A stretch of 64,000 nt of DNA from the NCBI GenBank assembly GCA_964016885.1, contig OZ024740.1, positions 320,850,001-320,914,000 on the forward strand, in the 5' to 3' direction. Source of the stretch: Eledone cirrhosa. Taxonomy: Eukaryota. The position numbers and the translations under genes were made by a program. Under the pieces are notes generated by a model, which worked only from the letters and a program-made list of their open reading frames with translations, did not search any database and had not been told where the DNA came from. Position 1 is the stretch's first letter, and the number at the start of each line of letters is the position of its first letter. This document shows positions 34,543 to 46,370 of this stretch, in pieces.

Positions 34543-37145
34543 CCAATTTTACATATCAAAATTAGCTTGGCGCAAATAATTGGAATTAAATAATACAGGT
34601 ATTAAATTAAAAAATTCTAACCATCCTAAAACTAAAAAGCCCAGCTGATGGCTCAAATAAATTGCTACAGCCGGCGCTAGTTATAGAATTGACTATTAAA
34701 TTACATGATATTTATGTTATTGATCCTGGAAAGATGAAAACAAGCAAATGCCGGCATTATTTGATCACCGATTTCATTCATTCCTTATAATATTAACACC
34801 TTTTTTTCTTTCTGACTATTTTTATTGATATTTTTTTTTATTTTGTAATTCATTTTATATATAAATATTTGTGGTGTGCATCAACAAAAATGAACATAGC
34901 AATATAAATTAAACAAATAAGCGTGTTGAAATAATATATGAAAATAATTTCTGAATTAGAAATACATCATGGACCGGGTTATTTCTAAATAATGCACCGT
35001 TCCATTCATGTGTATTACGGAAAATTTGATTTAAACCAACTAAAACTTATAACCTATCAGATAGACTATCCAAGAAGGAACCTTTAGAAAACCGGGAATC
35101 CATGCAGCTTTATTTCTGGATATTTTAAAAACGTAAGTTGCAATGGCTCTCAGTGAGCGTAATGACCACGGCTTCCTGCCATCGATATCAACAAAATTAT
35201 ATTCGTCTGCCAGATCACCTGTCAGTAGTATACGTCCAGATTTCTTCATCAGATTTGCACTGTCACACATAATACTAACTATGCATTTGCCGCTTAATTC
35301 GGTTGATTCTCCGCTTAGAAAACTATCTTTGTAGTCATTAAATCCTTTTGGAATATCTGTTGTATTGTAGTAGTCACGCAGTCGTTCAGTCTTGACAAAG
35401 CCAGGCCACAAACTGACGCAAGCTACTTTATGTTTTTTAAGTTCATGGGCGAAATCAACTGCCATTCTGTCGCAAGCTTCTTTACCAACTCCATAAGCAA
35501 CATTGAACGTGTAGACTAGTCCACCACCCGAAGATACAATGACGATGAGACCAGATTTTCGAGCAACCATCATCTTAGCAGCATGCACGGAACAGACGTA
35601 ATGGTTACGAAGTCCAACATTGTTAATATCGTCCCACAAACTGATTGGTTGTTCCCAGAACGGTTTGGTAGCTACATCAATTAAAGAATTAACACCCGAA
35701 TAGGCATTATTTACCAACAAATCCAGTCGTCCGTTTTGTTCAGAGTTTATCTTAGCAAAAAGCCGTTCAATGTCATCGTCTTTGCTGTGGTCAACCTGGA
35801 CTGCAATACCGTGTCCGCCTCGTCCGTTTATCTCTTCAACTGTTTCGTCTAGTGAACCGAGGCTTTTTTCAGTTTTGTGTAATGTTCGCCCAGTTACATA
35901 AACCGTAGCACCAGCCTCACCTAGTTGGACAGCGATACCTTTTCCAATCCCTGTCGATGCTCCAGTCACAAGAGACACAATTCCAGACAAAGGCTTAGCC
36001 ATTGCGCTAGTTTCAAGTATATATTTAGTATAAGTTACACAAGAAAACGAATGAGTTGCCGTAAATTTAACCGGTGTTATGTGAATATTGTATTTTCTTC
36101 GTTTTATACTATTTTTTAATCGTAAGTATGGAAACCAAAAATGGAAACAAACTTTAATACACTAATTTTCTTTTCTTTCCATAAAGTATTGTGGGTAAAT
36201 TCGAGTATTGTTGTAGAATTTAAACTTTGCATTTGTAGATTTGGCTTTTAACGAAATCGAGATATATAGAGATAGGATCCATCCATTCAAATTGGTGTAA
36301 AGGTAGTTAACGTCAACATACAAAAGAGAATTGATTGATAAAGAGGGATTGGAGGTTTCTAATACATCGGAATGGGGAGCAGGTTGTCGGTCACTAGATG
36401 TTACTAATAAAAACCCGTTGGATTGCTAACATGTCCTGATGTGACTTTTTTTAGAAGTAGTACCACTGAGTTTTCTTAAGTACGGAATTCATGGTGATTT
36501 ACCGTGTCTTAATATATTATTTTTCAGGGAGGAGTTAACTTTTTAAATGTCTCAAACACATCAAATAAGGGACACAATATGAATATATAAATACACAACA
36601 CTATATAATATACAATATATACACACAAAAATATACAATCAAAGCGAGAAATAAAACAAAAACAAGTGCGTCAACCGGTCACACACCTCAATGATCATCG
36701 AAAATGTTTGAGACAAGCTAACACAGCATTACCGCGGGTGATGGCGATGCTAAGGCGCTGAAACAACCAAGCACCGTCACGGGCATCACCTGATATCACG
36801 ATAAGGCGAGCCGCCAACAATGACAAGAACGTCGCTGTTAGTGGCGCAACTACACCAAATGTCTCGAATTCCACAGGTTGAAAGAAATGGTTTGCCGATA
36901 AGTCCCAGTACTTTATGATTTTATTCCATTCGGCTACAGAAGCAGTGACCCTCACATTTACATTTACAGCGTCATCCATGATGTGGTAGGGAGTAAAAGA
37001 GTCACTGACTGTGGTGTCTCAGAGCTTCATCCATCTCTCTGTTGGCACTAGTCCATATTGGAAAGGAGAGGATGTTACTTGCAAAAGGGGAGCAAGCGTG
37101 GATGGAGGAAAGAAAACAAAGAGACAGAGACAAACATTTACATAG
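34543..37145. repeat. segmental tandem duplication containing DHRS1 (paralog of 24163-24221 + 28607-31735)
   Basis: Near-identical coding, 5' flank, 3' flank and CRE fragment, with several indels. Confidence 0.93.
35040..36002 (-). CDS. DHRS1: dehydrogenase/reductase SDR family member 1-like, copy B (intronless)
   Basis: Same motifs as copy A with canonical NNAYSG; complete 320-aa ORF. Confidence 0.93.
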   Translation of the reverse strand: MAKPLSGIVSLVTGASTGIGKGIAVQLGEAGATVYVTGRTLHKTEKSLGSLDETVEEINGRGGHGIAVQVDHSKDDDIERLFAKINSEQNGRLDLLVNNAYSGVNSLIDVATKPFWEQPISLWDDINNVGLRNHYVCSVHAAKMMVARKSGLIVIVSSGGGLVYTFNVAYGVGKEACDRMAVDFAHELKKHKVACVSLWPGFVKTERLRDYYNTTDIPKGFNDYKDSFLSGESTELSGKCIVSIMCDSANLMKKSGRILLTGDLADEYNFVDIDGRKPWSLRSLRAIATYVFKISRNKAAWIPGFLKVPSWIVYLIGYKF

Positions 37146-38849
37146 GCCTCGATCCCCAAACCGTTTGGGCAAGGCAGTCTGTCACAGCACCCTGGAGAGA
37201 ATCTGACATTGACCAAGTATTCGAGTTCTCTGAAGATTAAGACGTCAAAGCATTGGAGAGATGACGAGATGTTCGCATTGGGGCTGGGTTTTTTTTTTTA
37301 GGGCTCTGCTTAAGCCAGTAGCAGTAATTTGAACTCTTGTTCTGATGTTATGTTAACAAAGTAGGCCAGTGTGACCACACATACTGACCTCTGGGCAAGA
37401 TGATATTCATTTTTTCTTTGTTTTGAACTGTCGCCAACCAATCTGGACAAAGGTGATTTGTAGTTTATCAAAGATTAACTAGCTTCTAGACATTATGCTC
37501 TTGTCTCTCAAAGAAGATACGTCACATAGAGTTTGTTTCATCAGCAAGCACGAAGATGTAGCACTTGGCCAAACTCTCCAGCCCTCTGCCAAGGGACCGC
37601 TAACTTTATTCCCATTAAATTCTTACAAAGATTAATTCCATGTATCTTTTCAGACTATTACAACATTCACACAAACAAAACACACAATTACACTTGACTC
37701 CTTGTTATTTTCCTGTGTTATCAAAATAACTTCAACGTTATTTCTTAATAAAGATTATTAAAGTAGCAATGTTTGTTATTTTTCATTGAATATTGCTAAT
37801 GGCAGCTTCAGTTTCAGCCTTTGACTTTCAACTACTGGGTATGGCTACGAATACAGCCACACATCTCGACTCACTGAGACACACACAATTCATTTGCCTT
37901 AAGTCATAATCATTTCCACACCGCTTATATTGGAAACCAACAAGTACTACAACAAATTCTGCCACACTAAAGTGAACAACAGACGAATACCAACTATTTT
38001 CTCGCAACAACTAAATAATGATTTCTACTTTAGGCACAAGGCCAGCAATGTTTGGGGGAGGGAGTGAAAATTCGATTAAATCGACTCCAGTGAGTGACTG
38101 GTACTTTATTTTATCGACCCCATAAGGATGAAAGGCAAAGCTAACTTCGGCGGGATTTGAACTCGGAACGTAAAGGGCCGTAACTCTATGTCTCGAAACA
38201 TCAAGCCAGCAGCAACACATACAACCATGTGTGACTACTCATTACAAAGGAAATCCATAATTGAAATATTTACATAAACGGTCTTATAAAGCTAAAGCAA
38301 CACAGCAAAAACCTATTTTATTTAGTTTAGTTATTTCCTAACATCTTTCATAATGCTGCTATATCTGCTTTATAGGGGGTGAATTGGCCGAGTCATTAGA
38401 ACATCAGATAGAATGCTTTGTAGTATTCATTTCGGCTCTCTACACTCAACTTTGCCTCTCATCCATTCAAGGTCGATAAAAAAAAGTACCAGTCTAGTAC
38501 TGGGTCGATTTTTCCTCTATATCTTTTTCTCGTTTCCTTTCTCTCACTCTCTTTTTCTCTGGAAGAAATCTGCTGTATTCAGACTTGGAGAGAGATGGGC
38601 TCCGCCTTGTTTCAAAGTGCCCTAGAAACACCGTATGTCAATATGGCACCCCTACAACTCCCTCGGGAGTTACGGGACCATGCATATCTGCTTTAATAGT
38701 AAGTTTTGTCTTTTATTGATGTCTCATACATCTAATATTTTCCACGTTGATAAACTTTCAATCAATCAAACAGCCTTTTTCTGACGCAAGCTAGGAAATT
38801 TCCCAAGATCGTCATTCTATAGATCTTCATGGATTGTCTTGCCACCCAA

Positions 38850-39305
38850 ATGCTGATCGTTTCACTCGCAATACTGAGCTAAACCTGATGATTAAGCAGC
38901 CCTAGCTCGGATAAATATCCTCTCAATTTTGGAGCCAGCTTGATAAGACCGGATGGTCTTACCTTTTGTCCCCCTGGGTAAGAGGTAGATCTCATTTGGG
39001 ACACCACAATCAGTGACTCTTTTGCTCCTTCCCGTATCGTGGATGCTACAGTAAATGTGTGGGTCACTGTTTTCAGAGCCGAATGGAATAAAATTCTAAA
39101 ATACTGGGAATTATCGACAAACTATTTTTTCCAGACTGGCGTTTAAAAAAGCTGGACCACTGACAACAAAGTTGTTGTCATCGCTAGTGGCTTGCCTTAC
39201 CAAGGTATCTGGTGATGCCCAGGAGGGTGCTTGGTTGTTCCAGCGCCTTAGCCTCGCTGTCACCCATGGTAATGCTGCAAGCATGTTGGCTTGCCTCAAA
39301 AAGTA
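38850..39305 (+). mobile_element. degenerate CRE-clade fragment
   Basis: Homologous to 30800-31270 (RPDGLT, LIWDTT, WLFQRLSLAVTHGNA). Confidence 0.65.
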
Positions 39306-41287
39306 GAAGGAGATTCTGGTACTCCTTGTGGTGTAACCAATTCACACACTTATGGTTGAATAAATATTTTCTTTTGTTTTGATTCTATATTTTTATGTGA
39401 AATATTTATGTAATTAAGTATTGTATATATTATTTATAATAATAATGAAATATTGTGTACAGTGCTCAGGTGCACGACAACTCATCAAAAAGTGTATGCA
39501 TAGTACATAGGGTAATGTACAAACGCCAGGAAAATGAACAGTGCATGAGTCATGATATACACATGTGTGCATGTGTATGGAAAGGGTACATCAGGTACAT
39601 TTGTGTGTATATTTTCATTCCATAAGAATTATGAATAAACAAAATATTTTTAAGCTTAATGAAAAGAAAAGTTGCATTCTACTGGCTCAGATCATAATAC
39701 CTGTGAATAGAGACTGTTGCTTCAACTGTACAGTTTTTGACTTGCAATCATTGAGAGAGAGAAGATTTGATAATGTTTAAAGCAACTTTTTTTGTGTCAA
39801 AAGGCAGGGCGAATCTATTCTACAATCTTTTTTTTTAATTATTTATTAAGTTTTCACAATTAATTATATAGATAATGAAAAAGGGGTCAAGAAGGCAGAT
39901 CTGGTTCTATAGGAAAGTAAAAGAAAGGACTAAATGCCATAAATGAGAAGAAAAGGAGGGAAAGGACAGAGACTATTGGAAGAAAGAGAGAAGAAAGATG
40001 AGAGGGTGATAGGCTCTACACCATACATTTCGAGGTAGTCATGAAACTATTAGCTATTCTCATGTGGACTTTGATAGCATACTATCTTTTGCTGAGTGAG
40101 TTGAGAGATTTATAAAGTTTTCAAGTATAGAAGGTCATAGTGTTGAATAGCTTACTTTTTCAAGGAAAATAGCATTGATATAAAGGTTGCTGTGGTCAAA
40201 GTTACAACAATGCTAACAACCTAAGTGGTTTACTCTCGGGTCTTGAATTCCCCACCCCCCATTAATTTTACAGCCCCGCTCTTATTTCAACTTCCCCCCT
40301 ACTTATTAAATTTTGCTAATGTATCTCTGGCGTAATTTTATTTTAAGTGGCAGTATTCCTGTAACAAATAATCTCAGGGTTGTGTTCATAAGTGATGGAA
40401 GGCAGGAGACTGAATTAAATGCAAGAATTGCTGGAGCAGGTGCAGTAATGTGCACCCTTCAGGATTCGGTCATCAGAAGAAGGGAGCTAGGTGTAAAAGT
40501 CAAATTTGCTACCTTCAATTTGTGCCAACCCTTACCTATGGTCATGAATCTTAGGTAATGACTGAAAGAATATGATTAGGAATACAATCAATCGAAATGG
40601 GGTTCCTCCAAAAGGTTTTTAGCTAAATACTACTCAATAGAGTGTATAGCTCAGAGATTAGAGAGTTGCTCCAGGTAGAACTGCTACTTCTCTGTATTGA
40701 GAGATCACATATCTGATACTATGGGCTTGTGGTTAGAATGTCTCAGGAAAGAATCGCTCAACAGATTTGTTGGTTCTTTACCTAAAAGATTGGCAAAATA
40801 ATCAGTCCAATTGGAGTCACTTTTAAGTGTAATGGTTGGCTTTGAGTGTTTATCAGATATTTCAGAGATAGTTTTCCATGCAGCATGATGTTGTTTGGTG
40901 ACATGGAGGTGTGCTATTTCAGAGATTTTACCATTGATGTAGGTATACACCTCTGCTTGAAGGTATGCATTATCAAGTTTTTTTTTCTTGGTAGTATTGA
41001 GTGCAACCATATAAAGTATTGTAGGTTTTGCATGATATTTTAAGGAAATTGATTTTAGATTCTCATGAGCTTCTTTCACTATTTCAGTAGTGTTCGGGGT
41101 TGATATTTGATGGATTTCCTTTTATTTCTGTGGCTGTTTCAACAGTTGCAATTGAGAGATTAGAATAAATCTCATCTATATTTTCAAGCAGAATCTATTG
41201 TTCATTTATATACAAAATATACATAATTTAGAGAGATCCATGTTTACTGAGACTGATTTCTAATCTGTTTTTCATGGGATTTGTTAG

Positions 41288-41806
41288 TGGTTGTTTTATG
41301 CTGAGACAGAGCCTAGTGTGGCTGATGCTATATGGTGGTATGAGCCAAATTTTAAATTTAAATCTAATTTCAAAGCAGATAGACTGGAACGTTTTTTCTC
41401 TGAGAGTTCCTTATACTCTGACGAAGGGAATTTTAAGTCCCAAAAGACGAAAGGAACAAAAAACAAAACAAAAAAAAAACAGATTACCAGGTAAATAACT
41501 TTTTTGTTTCCTTCATCTTACCATCCATTTTGCATTGTTTAGCCTTCTTACATATATCACTTTCCACATTATATATTATATACAATGCTTCAAGCAAACT
41601 ACCACATTTTATTATCTTCAAAAGGTATTTCATTGTGTGGGCTGTAAAGACAAACAATGCTTTTTGGATTGATACTTTGTTCTAGAACTATCATGCACAA
41701 GGATATAGATTCAATGTTGAGAAGGTTGTCAGCAGTTTTGGGTGATAAAAGAAAACCAAGGCCACAAGTAGTAGCATTTCTGGAGTTCTGGACACTACAG
41801 TTCTAG
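41288..41806 (+). other. candidate pair of coding exons (41288-41490, 41686-41806), product unknown
   Basis: tag| acceptor, 203-nt open frame, CAG|GTAAAT donor, ttctag| acceptor; phases join in frame (...KQITR/TIMHKDIDSMLRRLSAVLGD...). Confidence 0.35.
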
Positions 41807-41919
41807 ACATATATTTAAAAAACAAATCTGTAATGGCAATAATTCTTTTAATCCAATTTAAAGCATACCTGAGATTAAACAGCATTTGCTAGGCTTATTT
41901 TGTCATTCAAAACGAATAT

Positions 41920-42080
41920 AGGTAAAATTCCATTATAACGAGTTTTTCAATATAACAAATTTTTTTTTTAATCCCCAGCTTCACGCTCAATGTATTAGGT
42001 CAATCTCATTATAAAGAATTTTTCGTTACAACAAATTTTTTTTATACTCCGTGATTTCGTTATAATGTAATTTCACTGTA
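41920..42080. mobile_element. Tc1/mariner-pogo-type MITE
   Basis: Imperfect TIRs (aggtaaaattccattataacga / tcgttataatgtaatttcactgta); inverted copy at about 52245-52422. Confidence 0.6.
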
Positions 42081-43039
42081 ATTGAAACACACAGAAAAGA
42101 GAGAGGACAATCACAAGACTTCCACTACCATTACCACCACCTTCTATCTCTTTTTTATAGTCACTCAATAACATTTCAAACATGCAATTCTGTTTTTTGT
42201 TGTTTTTTTATCTAGACTTGCCCTGTCAAAGGTGTTCTGTCCTATTTTATGATAATTAGGTATGATTTGAAGGGATTTGGCTCTTATTTCTAACAGCTTC
42301 ACTAACCACATATTGCTTTCCTCGGTCATACGTATCTAATTATATCCCAAGATCTAAAAATTGAACCATAATAGATTATATTTCATCTAGTCTAATTGTA
42401 TCATGGAAACAGAGTCCCAGGATATCAAAGACAAGAAATTGAACCACAATTTAATCCAATCTAATTACATCATGTAAACAAAGTCCCAGGATATGCAAGA
42501 CAAGAAATGGAACCATAATAGATTAAACTCACTGAACATTTCTCAGTTTTTGTAAATTTTAAGAGAATTATTATAAAAGCTGTTAATCACCTGGACACAT
42601 CTAACACCATTGTTTTTACCAATGTAGATTCAGTTACACAACAATGTGCTTTCAACGCTCCTGTATAGTTGTGAAACATGAAGTGTGAAGATCAGCCAAG
42701 AGAACCAATTAGATGCTTTTGACATCAAATGCCTACAGAAAATCCTTGTCATCAGGTGGGATGACTTTCCCACCAACAACGTGTGTCTAACATCATGTAC
42801 AAGTGTTGGCTTGGCACGTCACAGGACTCCCACATGAGAGACATGTTAACCCCAGGTAACCCCATGGAAATAGGCAAAGAGGATGTCCCAAGTAGATACT
42901 CAACAGAGACCTGAAACCCATCAACAAAAGTTGGAACGATGTATTGATAGATGCAACTGAACATGGTCATTGGAGCACTTTGGTTACTTCATCTGTTAGA
43001 AGGCGTGGGAACTTCTAAGTCTAAGCCTAAGTACACAGA

Positions 43040-44250
43040 CACATACAGTGGTGAGAAACCTTTACTTAGTGAAACAAGGATCATTACACATAATCGTTGT
43101 GAGATTTGTAGGAAAGCGTTTACTTTAGAACATAAAGCATTCTTGCACAATGAAAGACATAAAGCAAAGGCATATCACTGCGGAATATGTTACAAATATT
43201 TTGCCTGCACTAACAAAACACAAACTAATACTGGAGAAAAATGTTACTATTGTGAAATATGTGGGAAATGTTTCACTGATAATTTGAGTGCTGTAGTTCA
43301 CAAACGTAGTCACAATGGAGTAAAGTCCTATTATTGTGAAATATGTGGAAAATGTTTTGTTTCTAACAGTAAGTTAACAAAACACTAAAGAATACATATT
43401 GGAGAAAAACCCAATTATTGTGAAATATGTGGAAAATTATTTCATTAAAATCACCAGTCTTGTAGTTCAAACTGCCATGCTTCCTGAGATTCGGCAACAC
43501 TACACCTGATGTCCCCCCTCCATACACCCGCACACATGTATTTCATGTCTCATACACTGTTCATTTTCCTGACATTTGTACATTATTCTATGTACTATAC
43601 ATGCACCTTTGATGAGTTGTAGTGCACCTGAGCACTGTACACAATAATTTCATTATTATTATTATTATTAGAATACACCCTGGAAAAAACCCCATTAAAC
43701 TGTGAAATATGTAGGAAATCTTTTGTCAATGACAGTAATTTAACCTTTTTCCATTTAAACCAGTCATATCCAGCCAGAATTCTCTAAAAATGAATATCAT
43801 CAAAATCTTGTAGATTCGATATTATGTGAGATAAAGTCTTTTCTGTGGAAAAAATAGTAAATATGGAGTAATGTGAATGCTAAAGGATTAAACAGACACA
43901 AAAGAATACACATTGGAGAAAAAACTATTTTGATGTGAAATATGTGGCAAATCATTCTGTGATTACTCTAATCTTGTTATCCTTAAACATAGTCACACAG
44001 GAGAAAAACCGTTTCACTATGAAATATGTAGGAAATCTGTTACCACTAACAATCTCTTTAAAAGACACTAGATGGAAGCCTCTCAATTGTGAGACATGAG
44101 AAATCTTTCTCTTTTAAGAATCCATCAACAACTATACATTGAAGAACATTTATCATTATGAAATGTGTCATTCTCTTTGAATTCTCAGCTTGTAGTCTAC
44201 AAATGTGTTCTTATATGAGAGAAATTCTCTCACCAAAATATTTGGAAAAT
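43040..44250 (+). pseudogene. decayed C2H2 zinc-finger array
   Basis: Repeated CEICGK.F.....L..H.R.H.GEKP units; stop at 43386, frameshifts, CR1 tail insertion (43470-43670) and TTAA-flanked insertion (43744-43887). Confidence 0.85.
43744..43887. mobile_element. TTAA-flanked (piggyBac-like) MITE
   Basis: TTAA at 43740-43743 and 43888-43891 with degenerate cc(t)tt...aaagg ends; removal restores finger SFVNDSNLNRHKRIH. Confidence 0.7.
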
Positions 44251-45059
44251 CCTTATTTCTATAATATTTAAGATTATATGTTTTTTGTTGTTTGTAAATA
44301 TTTTTAGTGTGATATGTAGTATAAGATGATGTTTTCTAATGTTTGTGAGAGAGTGGTGATAATATATTCGTTTTGCATTATTTTTAATTAGGTCAAATCC
44401 CGTCGAGGTTGACTTTGCCTTTCATCCTTATGGGGTCGATAAAATAAAGTACCAGTAATGCACTGTGTATTTGCTGGCCTTATGCCTAAAGTAGAAACAA
44501 TTATTTTTAATTAGGTCTTACAAATGCAGGAATTATAATGTGTAAATATATTTTGTTGGTGTACAATTAAGTTCCAGCAGCTTTGACAGAAAGTAGTTAC
44601 AGTGTCAATTGCATTGAATATTTCATGTCCATTATGTAATAGTGTAAGGACATCAAACATAAAAGTTGAAAAGATGGTGAGAGGGGAGGGATATCAGGGT
44701 CTCTAGTCTGGAGCCAGATATCATAGAGGTATTGTTTTGTAAAGATGGATGTTTTGGTGTTGGTAACAAGAACAACAGTTTGTTAATGAATAGATAGTGG
44801 AGACATTTTTTTTATGGTTATTTAATAAGAATATTTATTCACAGTTGTATAAATAACATTACAAATTGTTTATAATTCTTTAAAGAATGAAAATATAAAT
44901 AAATACAATTAATATACAAAGCATATATTACAGTAGAAATAACATAACAAATATGTTTTAAATATATACATGAATAACACTACAAATGCTTCAATAACAT
45001 TATAAATTGCTTGCGATTCTTTCAGAAGGATATATTCCTTTAATGTTGCAATATTAAAG

Positions 45060-46370
45060 AAAATATAAAGGAAGGGGTGAACAACCGAGCCACCACCAGA
45101 GCAAAAGACAGCAGCATCGCGAGGAGTACTGGGCAACCTCTCTAATGATTGTTGAGGCAAGCCAGCACACTCGCAGCGTTGCCTTGGGTGATGGCGAGGC
45201 TGATGTGCTGGAACAACCAAGCACCCTCATGAGATTCGCCAGTTACCTCTATTAGGCGCCAGTGAAGAGAGGACACTCGTAGTCAGCGGCCCGACTCCCC
45301 CAAACGTCTCGAAACCACAGGCTGGAAAATGTAGCTGGCTGACAGAACACTGTATTTGAGGGTCTTGCTCCGCTCGGTTGCAGAAGCTGTGGCTCTCGCC
45401 CTAACCACAGCATCCAGGATGTAGGAAGAAGCAAAGGAGTCACTAACAGTGACGTCCCAGAGAAGGCACCTGCCTCTCGACCAGGGGCATGGGTAAGACC
45501 GTCAGGTCTTTTGCCATCACTTCTGGACAACCCAGATGGTTCCAATGTTGAGGGGATGTTCGCCTGGGCCAAAGCTCTCTTGAGAATGAGGTTTAGCTCC
45601 ATGTGATGTGCAAAGCGGCTTGCATTCAGCCTGGATGAACTTTGTGTTTCCATCGCCCACAGAGTGAGAACTGAGGTCTGCATGGGTTTGAGGTGTCGAT
45701 GCGGTAAACTCCTCAACTCCACAGTCTTTCTTGTCGCCTGAATGCCGGCCACTTGGTATGTCACATGGAGCTAAACCTCATTCTCAAGAGAGCTTTGCCC
45801 CGAGCGAATATCCTCTCAATCTTGGAACCATCTGGGTTGTCCAGAAGTGATGGCAAAAGACCTGACGGCCTTACCCTGTGCCCTTGGTTGAGAGGCAAAT
45901 GTCTTCTCTGGAATGTCACGTTACCCACAGGTAGGGCATCAACTGAGTCACCTGAGTAATTGGCGCTGGCAGATAGTAAGCAGCACCTTGCAAACTGATC
46001 TAACTGGATGAAGAGGGAGTCGAAAGTGGCACTCGAAGTTATGCTGTCCCAAGCTCTCTGACTTCGACTGTCCTCCACCTTCTCTGGAAGAGACAAGCCC
46101 AACTCACTCCATTGTTGGATAGCTTCATCCAACTCCCTGTTGGAATTAGTCCATGTTGGAGAGGAGATGATGTTGCTCACCAGGGTGGAGCAAGTGTGGG
46201 TGAAGGAAAGAAAGCAGGGGAGAGAGAGGGACAAATACTTATGAAGAGCAAAACCCCCAAATCGCTTGGGCAGCGCAGCCTGATCGCGGGACTGTGGAGA
46301 GAGTCTAATATTGACCAGGCACTCGAGTCTATCGAAGATTAGGTCGTCAAAGCATTGGAGGCAGGATGGA
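45060..46370 (-). mobile_element. CRE-clade fragment with a nested inverted piece of the same family (45760-45921)
   Basis: HMELNLILKRAL...LEPSGLSRSDGKRPDGLT occurs on both strands. Confidence 0.8.

Noticed and set aside
29118-36002. Bacterial origin (HGT or contamination) of the intronless SDR genes
   Set aside because: The sequence follows animal DHRS1 through to the C-terminal tail and is embedded in host-type repeats; a tree would be needed to exclude HGT formally.
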